A stretch of 64,000 nucleotides of DNA. It comes from Dehalococcoidia bacterium. GTDB lineage: Bacteria; Chloroflexota; Dehalococcoidia; UBA6926. Shown here piece by piece: positions 19,014 through 28,409 of this stretch. Under the pieces are notes generated by a model. It was given only the letters and a program-made list of their open reading frames with translations, made no database searches and had not been told where the DNA came from. Positions within the stretch are counted from its first letter, which is position 1. Every line of letters starts with the position of its first letter. The DNA lies in contig CAXXET010000006.1 of assembly GCA_963666115.2 (NCBI GenBank), positions 384,001 to 448,000 on the forward strand, written 5' to 3'. The position numbers were made by a program, and so were the translations under genes.

Positions 19014-19445
19014 CTACTTGACGATCTTCCACTCCGGGATCATGCGCCCCGGCGCCGCCTCAACGAACTGCACCTCGCAGGTCGCGCCGACCGGAATGTC
19101 GGGCTCCTCCGAGAGGTTCGTGCCGAAGTCGTCGATGAGGTTCGTGTGGAAGTTGATCACCGGGTCCTCCTCAAGCGCCACGATGACGTTGAGGAACGGC
19201 TGCAGCGGATGCCACTGAACCAGGCGGGAGTCGTACGTGATGGAGTAGCCGACGATCTTCGCCCGGCCGCTGGTCTCCTCCCAGGTCATGTGGAAATCAA
19301 AGCCGCAATCGCGACAGGTGGGCTCCGGCGGATACTGCCGTCGGTCACAGATCGCGCAGTACTGAACGATGAGCTTGCCTTCGTTGCATGCGTCCCAGAA
19401 CGGCTGGCTCACCGGATCCGGAACGGGAACAATCGGTCGTGCCAT
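19014..19445 (-). CDS. Zn-ribbon/OB-fold (DUF35) protein, copy A
   Basis: Two CxxC pairs; near-identical protein to copy B. Confidence 0.9.
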   Translation of the reverse strand: MARPIVPVPDPVSQPFWDACNEGKLIVQYCAICDRRQYPPEPTCRDCGFDFHMTWEETSGRAKIVGYSITYDSRLVQWHPLQPFLNVIVALEEDPVINFHTNLIDDFGTNLSEEPDIPVGATCEVQFVEAAPGRMIPEWKIVK

Positions 19446-19542
19446 TTCTACCCCCTTAGCGCCGTGTTGTTGCCGTCGAAACGTAGCATCCGCGCTTTCA
19501 CCCTGTCAAACTGTTTCATTGCCGCTGAAACGAGTGTCACAC

Positions 19543-21537
19543 ATGTCGCAGTCGCCCACATTCGCCGATCTTTTGACGGAATACATGGAGCGCACGGGCA
19601 TCGGCGACGCCGAGCTCGCCCGCCGCATCAACGTCAACCGCCTTACCCTCATTCGCTGGCGCGAGGGCGTGACCGAGCGTCCCCGCCACCGTGAGGACGT
19701 CGCCCGCTGTGCCGATGTTCTCCGCCTTACGCCGGAGGAGCGCGACGAGTTTCTCTCAGCCGCGGGCTTCGAGCCCGAATCGTCGTCGGAACCTGCCGTC
19801 GCAGCCGATGACAGTCCCCCCGGTGAACCCGCTCGCAACCGCAAGTGGACTCTCGCCATCGCCGCAGTAGCCGCCGTTGTTCTGCTAGGCGCAGGATTGG
19901 CAGTCGCCGCAAATACGCTGGACCTCCTCGCCCCTGATCCAACGCCGGTGCCCGCCACTCCCACGCCTGTCCCCACGCCCACCGCGACGAACACGCCCGC
20001 CCCAACGCCGACTCCCACTCCCAGGATGCCGACGCCCACGCCGCTGCCCGCCACCGTTGCGGCAGAGGGCGAATCCCTCATCCTGCTCGCCCCGTTCGCC
20101 AACTACACCGCCGGCGCGCAGGGCTACAACGTCTCAGGCCGCCTCCGCGAGCGAATCGACACGGAGCTGCGTCTTTCCGGACTGCCGAACGCGCGTACGT
20201 TCCTGTGGCCGGACATCATCCGGTCGGAGAGCGAGGCGAGGCGCGTCACTGAGAGGACCGGCGCGCTGCTCACGATCTGGGGTGAATACGACAGCGGGCG
20301 CGTCCTGGCCCGCTTCACGACTGCTCAAAGTCCCGATGGAACGGGTGGACAGCCCGTCGTCAACATCGCCTCCTCGCCGTCGGAACTTCCGACAACCATC
20401 AACGTGAGCCTGACCGGCGCCGTTCGGTATGTGGCCCTGGTGACCTCGGGGCGCGTTTACCTGGATCAGGGCGACTATGACCGCGCCAAAGCCGTCCTCA
20501 GGCGGGCGATTATCCCGCCGCCCGAGGACCCCGCCGCACTGGTGGATGTCCGCTACCTGTTGGGTATCGCATACCTGGGCGGCGAGCGATTCGACTACGA
20601 TGAGTCCATCGCCTGGTTCTCCCGCGTCCTGGAAGTGGAGCCGCGCTCAGTCGAAGCCCTGAATGGCCGTGCCGTCGCCTATATGCGCCGGGGCAGGGAC
20701 GGCGATATCCAGTTGGCGCGCACCGACCTGTACCGTGCCGAGTCCATCTGGCCTGACCACGCCGAGACCCATACAAACAGGGGCCGCGCACACATGCTCC
20801 ATGCCGGAATCGATAACCTCTACCAGGCCGTCAGCTCGTTTTCACGGGCCATTGAGCTTGCACCGGGCAACGCAATTGCCTACGTCGACCGCGCCGGCGC
20901 GTACACCGCCCGCAGCCAGGCGTCCGACCTGGCGCTTGCCCGAACCGACCTTGACCGCGCGCTGGAACTGGAGCCGGACCTCGTGGAAGCCTACGTCGCT
21001 TCCGGCCTGCTGTTTGTGGTGCATGAGGGCCGGGTGGAAGTCCTCCGTAGCATCACCGAGTACACCCGTGCCATCGATCTGGCGCCCGAATCGCCGGATG
21101 CCTGGTTCCACCGTGGCCTGGCCAACTCCCAGCTCGGCTTTCTCGCCGAATCGGCCGCCGACCTTGAGATGGCCACGCAACTCGCGCCAAACAACCTTCA
21201 ATACATGGACGCTGCCTGCCGCGCCCTCATCGTCGCGGGAGACGCCCCCGCCGCGCTCAACTACTGCGATGCGGCAGTGCAGGGCGGCTACGAAAGAGCG
21301 CTCTATTCCCGAACGCTGGCAAACGCCATGCTAGGCCTTGCTGACGACGCGGAACAGGACCTAGCCAACTATACCGCATGGGCAGAATCCCCGGAGCAGA
21401 GCCAGTGCCGCGCCCCCCTCCTCAACGCCGCCGAAACGCTCGAAGCCCCCATCGCCACCGCCCGAGGCGAAGCCGACATGTGGAACCTCCTGGACTTCCG
21501 CCCCCGCGCCACCATCCCCGGCCGCCCCGCGTGCTAG
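19543..21537 (+). CDS. XRE-HTH + TM + PT linker + TPR-repeat membrane protein
   Basis: ELARRINVNRLTLIRWREG HTH, one TM helix, PTPTP linker, multiple TPRs (RAIELAP, RALELEP, RAIDLAP). Confidence 0.85.
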   Translation: MSQSPTFADLLTEYMERTGIGDAELARRINVNRLTLIRWREGVTERPRHREDVARCADVLRLTPEERDEFLSAAGFEPESSSEPAVAADDSPPGEPARNRKWTLAIAAVAAVVLLGAGLAVAANTLDLLAPDPTPVPATPTPVPTPTATNTPAPTPTPTPRMPTPTPLPATVAAEGESLILLAPFANYTAGAQGYNVSGRLRERIDTELRLSGLPNARTFLWPDIIRSESEARRVTERTGALLTIWGEYDSGRVLARFTTAQSPDGTGGQPVVNIASSPSELPTTINVSLTGAVRYVALVTSGRVYLDQGDYDRAKAVLRRAIIPPPEDPAALVDVRYLLGIAYLGGERFDYDESIAWFSRVLEVEPRSVEALNGRAVAYMRRGRDGDIQLARTDLYRAESIWPDHAETHTNRGRAHMLHAGIDNLYQAVSSFSRAIELAPGNAIAYVDRAGAYTARSQASDLALARTDLDRALELEPDLVEAYVASGLLFVVHEGRVEVLRSITEYTRAIDLAPESPDAWFHRGLANSQLGFLAESAADLEMATQLAPNNLQYMDAACRALIVAGDAPAALNYCDAAVQGGYERALYSRTLANAMLGLADDAEQDLANYTAWAESPEQSQCRAPLLNAAETLEAPIATARGEADMWNLLDFRPRATIPGRPAC

Positions 21538-21629
21538 CCGCAACACAAGAAACCCGCCCTGCCGCAAACGGCAGGGCGGGCCTCCCCCTCCCCTTCGTCT
21601 TTCCCGACCCCCTCCTTTTTCCCGCGAAA

Positions 21630-22850
21630 GGAGACCTTTGCATAACTCTCTCACTCAAGCCAAAATTGGGGTGAGCGCGGATGGAGAGAGAGGAGGGTGA
21701 GCGATGCATCGTCAGATGGGGCAGCCGTCACTGGCGGAGACGTTGTTGCCGGAGAAGCTCGGCAGGAATACGCGCCTGGAGCGCATCGGCGCAGAGATCG
21801 ATTGGGATCGATTCGCCACGTTGGTGGATGACATCTATTCGGCGTCGGAGGGTCGCCCCAGCTACCCGCCGCTGACGATGGTGAAGGTCCTCCTGTTGCA
21901 GCAGTGGTACAACGCCTCGGACCCCCAGATGGAGGAGGCGCTGACGGACCGCATCTCGTTCCGCCGCTTCGTGGGGCTGGGACTTGAGGATGACGCGCCG
22001 GATCACTCGACGATCAGCCGTTTCCGCACGGAGCTGGGGCGGCGCGGTTTGGCGGAGACGCTCTTCCAGGAGTTGGGCGCGCAGCTGGACAAGCGGGGAT
22101 TGCTCGTCAAGTCGGGGACATTGATGGACGCCACGCTGGTGGAGGCGCAGGTCAAACGCCCTCCGATGAGCGCGGGGCCTGGCGCGCGGAGCGAGACGGA
22201 CCCGGACGCGGGCTGGAGCCGCACCGGCCGCGGGTCACGAACGCACTTCGGCTACAAGGCGCACGCCGGGGTGGACGAGGGGACGGGCATCGTGCGCCAG
22301 GCGGAATTCACATCGGCCGTGGTGTATGAGAGCGAGGTGGCGGACGAATTGATCAGCGGGGATGAGCGAGCGGTGTACGGCGACCGCGCCTACGAATCGA
22401 AAGCGCGGCGACGGCGGCTGAAGGAGATGGGCATCAAGGACAGGATCATGCATCGGGCGAACAAGCATCAGCGGGTGCTGCCGCCGCGACTCCAATTGCG
22501 GAATGACCTGATTGCGCCGCGCCGCTCCCCGGTCGAGAAGGTCTTTGGGACGCTCAAACGGAGCTACGGCTACAGTCGTGTGCGCTACCGGGGCTTGCGA
22601 CGCAACAGGGTGGAGATGTACCTGAAGCTGATGGCCTACAACCTCAGGAAGATGATTCACCTCGTCCCCGCCCCGGCCTAAGCGGGCACGACCCTACAAT
22701 CCGAGAGCCGGATACCGCCAGACCACTGAAATCGCGCTCATCTAGCCGACCAGACAGCCGGTCAAGCACCGTCGATTCTCGACAGAGCGCACGCCTTCTC
22801 GCCACCTGCGTCCCCAAAACAGACAAGGCCGCAGTTGCGCAAAGGTCTCC
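21630..22850 (+). mobile_element. IS5-family insertion sequence with terminal inverted repeats and target duplication
   Basis: Left end GGAGACCTTTGCATAACT, right end AGTTGCGCAAAGGTCTCC. GAAA duplicated at 21626-21629 and 22851-22854 (or CGAAAG if each end is 1 bp shorter). Confidence 0.92.
21704..22681 (+). CDS. IS5-family transposase
   Basis: GRPSYP, PDHSTISRFR, MDATLV, FGYKAH, GDRAY, RSPVEKVFG. Confidence 0.95.
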   Translation: MHRQMGQPSLAETLLPEKLGRNTRLERIGAEIDWDRFATLVDDIYSASEGRPSYPPLTMVKVLLLQQWYNASDPQMEEALTDRISFRRFVGLGLEDDAPDHSTISRFRTELGRRGLAETLFQELGAQLDKRGLLVKSGTLMDATLVEAQVKRPPMSAGPGARSETDPDAGWSRTGRGSRTHFGYKAHAGVDEGTGIVRQAEFTSAVVYESEVADELISGDERAVYGDRAYESKARRRRLKEMGIKDRIMHRANKHQRVLPPRLQLRNDLIAPRRSPVEKVFGTLKRSYGYSRVRYRGLRRNRVEMYLKLMAYNLRKMIHLVPAPA

Positions 22851-22916
22851 GAAAGCGGGAATCCAGCCCCCCGTTCACCCTGAGCCTGTCGAAGGCTGAA
22901 CGGGGGGGCGCCTAAC

Positions 22917-24704
22917 CTAGTTGCTGTACCCGGATGACGGCCTCCCCGGCCACTCCGGCAAATCCCGCACCATCTGCCCTAGCACGTAGCGGAAGTCCCT
23001 GTACGAATCCAGCCCGCCAAGCTCTCCATCAAGGGATTCGAGCCGGTCCCAAAGCACGGACAACTCGTGTTGCACAACCTCGGCCCCGCGCGCGTCCGTG
23101 TAGGGCAGGCTCGCGTACCGATCTGCCGCCAGCGCCACGATCGCCCCGAACTCCACGTACGCGTCGCCGCCCCTGCCGAGCCGCCGGTCCAGCCGAACGT
23201 CCATCCACTCCGACTGCTGAAGCGACGCCCCGTTGACCGGATCGACCCAGCGCAGGTCCACAGTCCCAAGGTCGGCGGCCCGGTCCAGCCGCGAGCGCAT
23301 GTCGTCACGCAGCCGCACCTCGAAGAACACCGTTGTTGCCGCGCCCGCCGGAATCTCCGCGAACTCCTTGCGATTCTCAGTGAACGACTGGTCGGACGTA
23401 ACCCGGTTCTCGTACCCGATCATGCGCCACGAATCCACAACGTCCGGGTTCCACCGCACCTGCGCCCTCGTCTGGTCCGCGAACGGCTTTGAGATGGCCA
23501 GCCAATTGTCCCGCCGGAACGTCTGCTTCGCATGATCGACGTCGTTCAGGTAGCGGTACCAGCCGTTGCCGTGTTGCGCCAGTTGCTCCAGCAGCACGTC
23601 GTTGTAATTGCTGATGCCGACGCCGATGGTGATCAGCCGCAGCGGGTTGCGCGCGTTCCGATCATAGGCGCTCTCAAGGATGGCGAACGGGTCCGTCGCG
23701 TCAACGTTCGCCACGCCGTCGGACATCAGGATGATGTAGTTGTACGCATTCGGCCTGTCGCGCCGCGCCCGGTCCGCAAGCCACACGCCCTCATTCAGCC
23801 CCGCCTGCACGTTGGTGCTGGCGCGCGGGGTCAGCTGGTCGATGGAACGCCGCACGTCACGGTCGTCCGGGTCCGTGTGCTCAACCGTCAGGTCGTTGAT
23901 GACGTCCGACGAGAAATGCACGACGGCCATGCGGTCACGGCTGCTAAGGCTCTTGCGAATCGCCTCGGCCGCCTCCCGCGCAATCTCAACACGGTTCCCG
24001 TCCCCCATCGAGCCGGACGCGTCCAGCACGAGCGTCACGTTGACCGGAATGTTGTCCTCAACCCGGGGTGCCTGGAACCCGAGCCGCACCATCTGAAACG
24101 CGCTGTCCAGCGGATGCTCGAACACGTCGGTCGTGATGCCGAACGAGTCGTCGTGGGACGGCTGCGGGTAATCGTAATTGAACGCGTTGATCCACTCCTC
24201 CGCCCGCACCGAATCCGGGTCGATCTCATACCCGGACTGCGCCCAGTTCAGCGCCAGCGCGAACGACGTGCGATCCGTATCCAGGCTGAACGTGGACATG
24301 TTGTCCTGGTCTGCCCAGACCCACCCCGACTGCACATAGTCGTTGAAGGTTATCGGCCCGCCCGGCGCGACCGGCGGCTCCTCGTAAGCCGACTCATAGG
24401 ACCTGGTCATTGGAACAGTCGTCGCGGCTGGCGCGGACCCGGTGATGACGATGGCCGTGGCGGTGGGTTGGGAAGCGGTGATGGTGATGGCTGTGGAAGT
24501 AGGCCAAACCTCATACGACCTCGACGATTCCTCGTAGCGGTCATAGTCCTCATTCTCGTTAGCGCTTCCGCACCCGGCTGCCATCACGGCGATGCCGATG
24601 ACCACGATGATCGCTGCAAGCGCCGCGTGCCTGCCGGCGTGAAAAACCCCCGTGAGTGTCGTGCTCCTGCCGATGCTGGTGAGCGCTGTCAGTGTTGTAC
24701 GCAT
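22917..24704 (-). CDS. vWA-domain lipoprotein (YfbK-like)
   Basis: Lipobox AAGC, STFSLDTD, VRAEEWIN, MIDAS DASGSM, SDG, IGYENR. Confidence 0.88.
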   Translation of the reverse strand: MRTTLTALTSIGRSTTLTGVFHAGRHAALAAIIVVIGIAVMAAGCGSANENEDYDRYEESSRSYEVWPTSTAITITASQPTATAIVITGSAPAATTVPMTRSYESAYEEPPVAPGGPITFNDYVQSGWVWADQDNMSTFSLDTDRTSFALALNWAQSGYEIDPDSVRAEEWINAFNYDYPQPSHDDSFGITTDVFEHPLDSAFQMVRLGFQAPRVEDNIPVNVTLVLDASGSMGDGNRVEIAREAAEAIRKSLSSRDRMAVVHFSSDVINDLTVEHTDPDDRDVRRSIDQLTPRASTNVQAGLNEGVWLADRARRDRPNAYNYIILMSDGVANVDATDPFAILESAYDRNARNPLRLITIGVGISNYNDVLLEQLAQHGNGWYRYLNDVDHAKQTFRRDNWLAISKPFADQTRAQVRWNPDVVDSWRMIGYENRVTSDQSFTENRKEFAEIPAGAATTVFFEVRLRDDMRSRLDRAADLGTVDLRWVDPVNGASLQQSEWMDVRLDRRLGRGGDAYVEFGAIVALAADRYASLPYTDARGAEVVQHELSVLWDRLESLDGELGGLDSYRDFRYVLGQMVRDLPEWPGRPSSGYSN

Positions 24705-24887
24705 GACGATTGCCTCCTTCGTCTGCTGCCTCAGGCCCGGCCGCTGCCGAACCCACAGCTACAATCGCCCTGACAGGAGTACGCAACCGACTACAACACT
24801 GCTACATTCAACTCAAAACACGCCTCAAAAACGTCACATTCACCCGCGTCCAACCCCAGCCCAAAAGCCCTCCGGCAACAACCCTCC

Positions 24888-24959
24888 GTCATTCCCGCGC
24901 ACGCGGGAATCTAGCACTAAATTGCGAGGCGCGTGTCATTCTGAGCGCAGCGAAGAATC
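24888..24959 (+). repeat. CGTC-type palindromic repeats
   Basis: GTCATTCCCGCGCACGCGGGAATC (24888-24911) and GTCATTCTGAGCGCAGCGAAGAATC (24935-24959). Confidence 0.8.
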
Positions 24960-25042
24960 CAAAGCCTCAACTGACCAACCACTGGCCGGAACGTTGGTTG
25001 ACTTGATGCGCTGCGACCTACAATCTTAACTGCGTTGTTCAA

Positions 25043-27088
25043 GTGAAAAGCGGCGTAGGGGTCAGGGCGGGAGAAACACTGATGGGTTACGGTCACGCAT
25101 CATCTGTTGACGAATTCTTGCGGACTGACGACGACAAACTAATCGGGAAGCTGGCTTCGCGCGTTGCTGACATTGGGATTCCTGATCAAAGCAGCGCGCA
25201 AATCGAAGCCTGGCGGGCCGAGATTCAGTTGCTCAAGAAACAGCTGAAGGGTTCGAAGTTCAAGCGCTGGTCCATCGTTCTGGAGTATGAGATACCCCGT
25301 CGGTCTCGCAGACCGGACGTAATTCTCCTGTCCCCGGAAGCCATCTTTGTTGTGGAGTTCAAGATGGGTGCTCAGGCATACGATGCGATGTCTCGCTGGC
25401 AAGCTAATTCCTATGCCCGCGACCTCAGGGACTTCCACGCAGAATCCCACCGGCGCAGGATCGTGCCAATCCTATGCGCAACTGACGCCCAGGGAGGGTC
25501 TGCACCCAAGTCCTACCCTTTTCGTTCGGAAGCTGAAGTTGCTGATCTCGTCCGAACCAACGGATCAGGCCTCGGCTCATGGTTGCTAAAGTGCGACCAA
25601 CATCGCTATTCCGATTCCCCCGCTGGTGCAATAGCTCGGGAACAATGGCTGGAGTCTGAATATCGGCCGACCCCGACAATTATTGAAGCCGCTTCTCGCC
25701 TCTACGAGGGGCATGGAGTACGCGAGATCTCGCATCGATACGCGCATAACCTCGACGAAACTACGGAAATGCTGCTGGGAGAAATCAAGGAGGCTCGCAA
25801 GCGAAAGCGCCGGGTGATCTGTTTTGTCACGGGTGTCCCGGGGGCCGGGAAAACGTTGACAGGGCTCAATGTCGTGCACAGCCCCGGCCCGCGGCGAGGA
25901 AAACGTTTGGGGGCGATTTTCCTTTCTGGCAACGGCCCCTTGGTAAGGATCATTCAAGAGGCATTAGTCCTCAGCGAAGGCAATGGAGGCCGCAAGAAAG
26001 GTGAGGCCCGGCGTGAGGCCACCACGTTTATTCAGAACGTCCATAATTTCTTGGGCTACCACTTCGAGCGGCCGGGAGAGCGTCCACACGAGAATGTCGT
26101 GGTGTTCGACGAGGCTCAAAGAGCCTGGGATCAAAACCAGATGCAGCGCAAGCAAGGCAAAGATGCCTCTGAAGCGACCCTCTTGCTGGACGTGATGGAG
26201 AGATTACCTGATTGGGCGGTAGTCATCGCCTTGGTGGGCGGCGGACAAGAGATATTCAATGGAGAGGCGGGATTGAGCGAGTGGGGCAACGCCTTGGAGA
26301 ATCGCTCAGCCTCTTGGCGGGTGGTCGCCTCTCCGGAGGTGCTCATCGGCGGGGAGAGTGTCGCTGGCAAGAAGCTGTTTGAAGGCGCCATCCCCAAAAA
26401 CGTCACATACCATCAAGAAGACCTGGCGCACTTGGACGTTGTGGTCAGAAATCACCGAGCACAGCGCTGGGCCGAATGGGTAAATGCGCTGCTCTCATCC
26501 CAATATGACTCCGCTCAAGTGCTTTTTCCGGACGGCGATGAATTTCCCTGTGTTGTCACGCGTGACTTGGAGAAGGCACGGGCTTGGCTGCGGAAGTACC
26601 GTTCTATTGATGAAGAGGAAAGATCTGGGCTGGTGGCAACCTCGAAGGACCATCGCCTAAGGGCTTACGGCATTGAGCGATCTAGTTCACTGCTCACGAA
26701 CTTTCCTTTCGAGAAATGGTTTTTGAGTCCCAGCACTGACGTCCGCTCCAGCTTTCAGCTGGAGGTCGCGGCATCTGAATTCGAATGTCAGGGGCTTGAG
26801 CTCGACTGGGTTGGGCTCTGTTGGGGTGGCGACCTCACACCATCGGAAGGTTCCGCAGGCTGAGAGTATCAGAAATTCCGCGGCGACAAGTGGCAACAAG
26901 TAAGGAAGGAGTCCGAACAGGAATACACGGTGAACAGGTATCGCGTGCTACTGACTCGTGCTCGCAAGGGCCTAGTTATCTGGGTTCCGAAGGGTGATCC
27001 CAATGATCCTACGCGCGAACCTGAGCGGTACGATCGAGTATACGATGCGCTCCGTGTGGCAGGAGTGCCCCTGCTTGAGGAAGAGTAG
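25043..27088 (+). pseudogene. DUF2075/Schlafen-group-3-like helicase with N-terminal nuclease-like domain; internal TGA at 26861
   Basis: PDVIL..VEFK, Walker A GVPGAGKT, FDEAQRAW, QGLELD. Frame continues after TGA with FRGDKW..YRVLLTRAR to TAG at 27088. Confidence 0.8.
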
Positions 27089-27097
27089 GCCCCCAGC

Positions 27098-27128
27098 AAA
27101 AAGCCCCCAGCAAACGCCGGGGGCTTTT
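27098..27128. terminator. Bidirectional intrinsic terminator
   Basis: AAAAAGCCCCC...GGGGGCTTTT between convergent genes. Confidence 0.8.
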
Positions 27129-27144
27129 GTGCCTCACTAGAGGT

Positions 27145-28311
27145 CTACGACGGTATCTCCGTCGCAAGCACAAGCGACGACATGTCGCTTATGTATCCCC
27201 GTCAAGTGTTCACGAACGCCACGTCGTGCTTCGGAACCTGGTGATTCTCCGCCCGCCCCATGAGTTGCCGCACGGCCTCCACAACCTGCGTCGTGCCGGC
27301 CGTGGACTGCCCGTTGGATAGCTGCCCGCCGCCCGTATTCACGGGGAAGTCGCCCTTCCACGTCGTGTCATGCTCCGCGTAGAACGGCCCGGACTCGCCC
27401 TTCGGGAAGAACCCGGAATCCTCCAGCGTGACCATCACCGTGATCGTGTAGCAGTCATAAATCTGGGCCATGTCCATGTCGTGCGGCCCAAGCCCCGCCA
27501 TGCGAAACGCGTCCCTGGCCGACACGACCGCAGGCGACGTGGTGATGCGGTCAACCCAGTCCACGCCGTGCTCGGCGCGGAGATTGTGGTGAGCCGCCCC
27601 AAGCAGGTACACGGGCGGGTTGCGCAGCATCCTGGCCCTCTCTGGCGTGGTGACGATGGTTGCCGCCGCGCCCTGGGCGGGCATAACACACTCCAACAAG
27701 TGCAGAGGATCGGCCACAAGGCGTGAGTTCAAAATATCTTCCTCGTTGGCGGGTTGGCCGTTGAAGAAGGCGTTTTCGTTGCCCTGCGCGTTGAACCGCT
27801 GGTCCGCCGCCACGCGCGCCCGCTGAAAGTCCGTCGTTCCGTATTCCCACGTATGGCGCCGCGCAATCTGCGCGTACCAGCCGTTCGCCGCGATGACCGG
27901 CCCGTACGGCTCGATGAACTGGGGGTCAACGTGGTCGGTATTCGGCGCGTACATGCCCGGAATCTCTGAGACCGGCCCCGCGCCGTTGATGCAGAGAACC
28001 GTGTCCGCGTAGCCGGCGTGGATGGCGGCTGCCGCGACGGAGATGAACGTAGCGGCGTTCTCGTTGAGGGCGGTCGCGAAGTTCGGCTGAACGCCGATGT
28101 ACTCGGCGAAGTCATACGCGAAGCCGAGGCTCGGCAGGCCGAACGGCGGCTCGGCGATGATGCCGTTGATGTCTTCCTTGCGGATTCCCGCGTCCACGAT
28201 GGCCTTTGCCGTCGCCTCCGCGTACATCCCCATGAAATGGCGGCCGGCATATGAGCGGCGATGCTGTAGCTCGCTAAACCCAACGATGGCAGCCTTGCCC
28301 CGAATACTCAT
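27145..28311 (-). CDS. Thiolase-fold protein with in-frame UGA at 27204-27202 (candidate selenoprotein)
   Basis: Thiolase motifs YDCY, NTGGGQLS, EAVRQL. AFVNT-TGA-RGYISDMSSLVLATEIPS-TAG; hairpin follows the UGA. Confidence 0.8.
27169..27193 (-). promoter_or_regulatory. Putative SECIS hairpin
   Basis: CATAAGCGAC-ATGTC-GTCGCTTGTG, a 10-bp stem starting 8 nt after the UGA. Confidence 0.5.
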
Positions 28312-28409
28312 CTCGCTTCTCCTAAGCCGCGCCCCGCGTTTCGCGCGCGAAGCGCGCCCTCAACCGACGTATCCGCTAAAGCGTATAGTGCGCTCCTCGT
28401 CCGCCCCTG

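Noticed and set aside
15694-19445. Tandem thiolase/DUF35 duplication as a simple assembly repeat
   Set aside because: Copies differ at many synonymous sites, in their C-termini and in intergenic DNA, so they are not identical duplicates. Spanning reads are still needed to exclude merged haplotypes.
26861-26863. Selenocysteine in the DUF2075 helicase
   Set aside because: The position appears to be a family Trp rather than a Cys, and no downstream hairpin is evident; a nonsense change is simpler.
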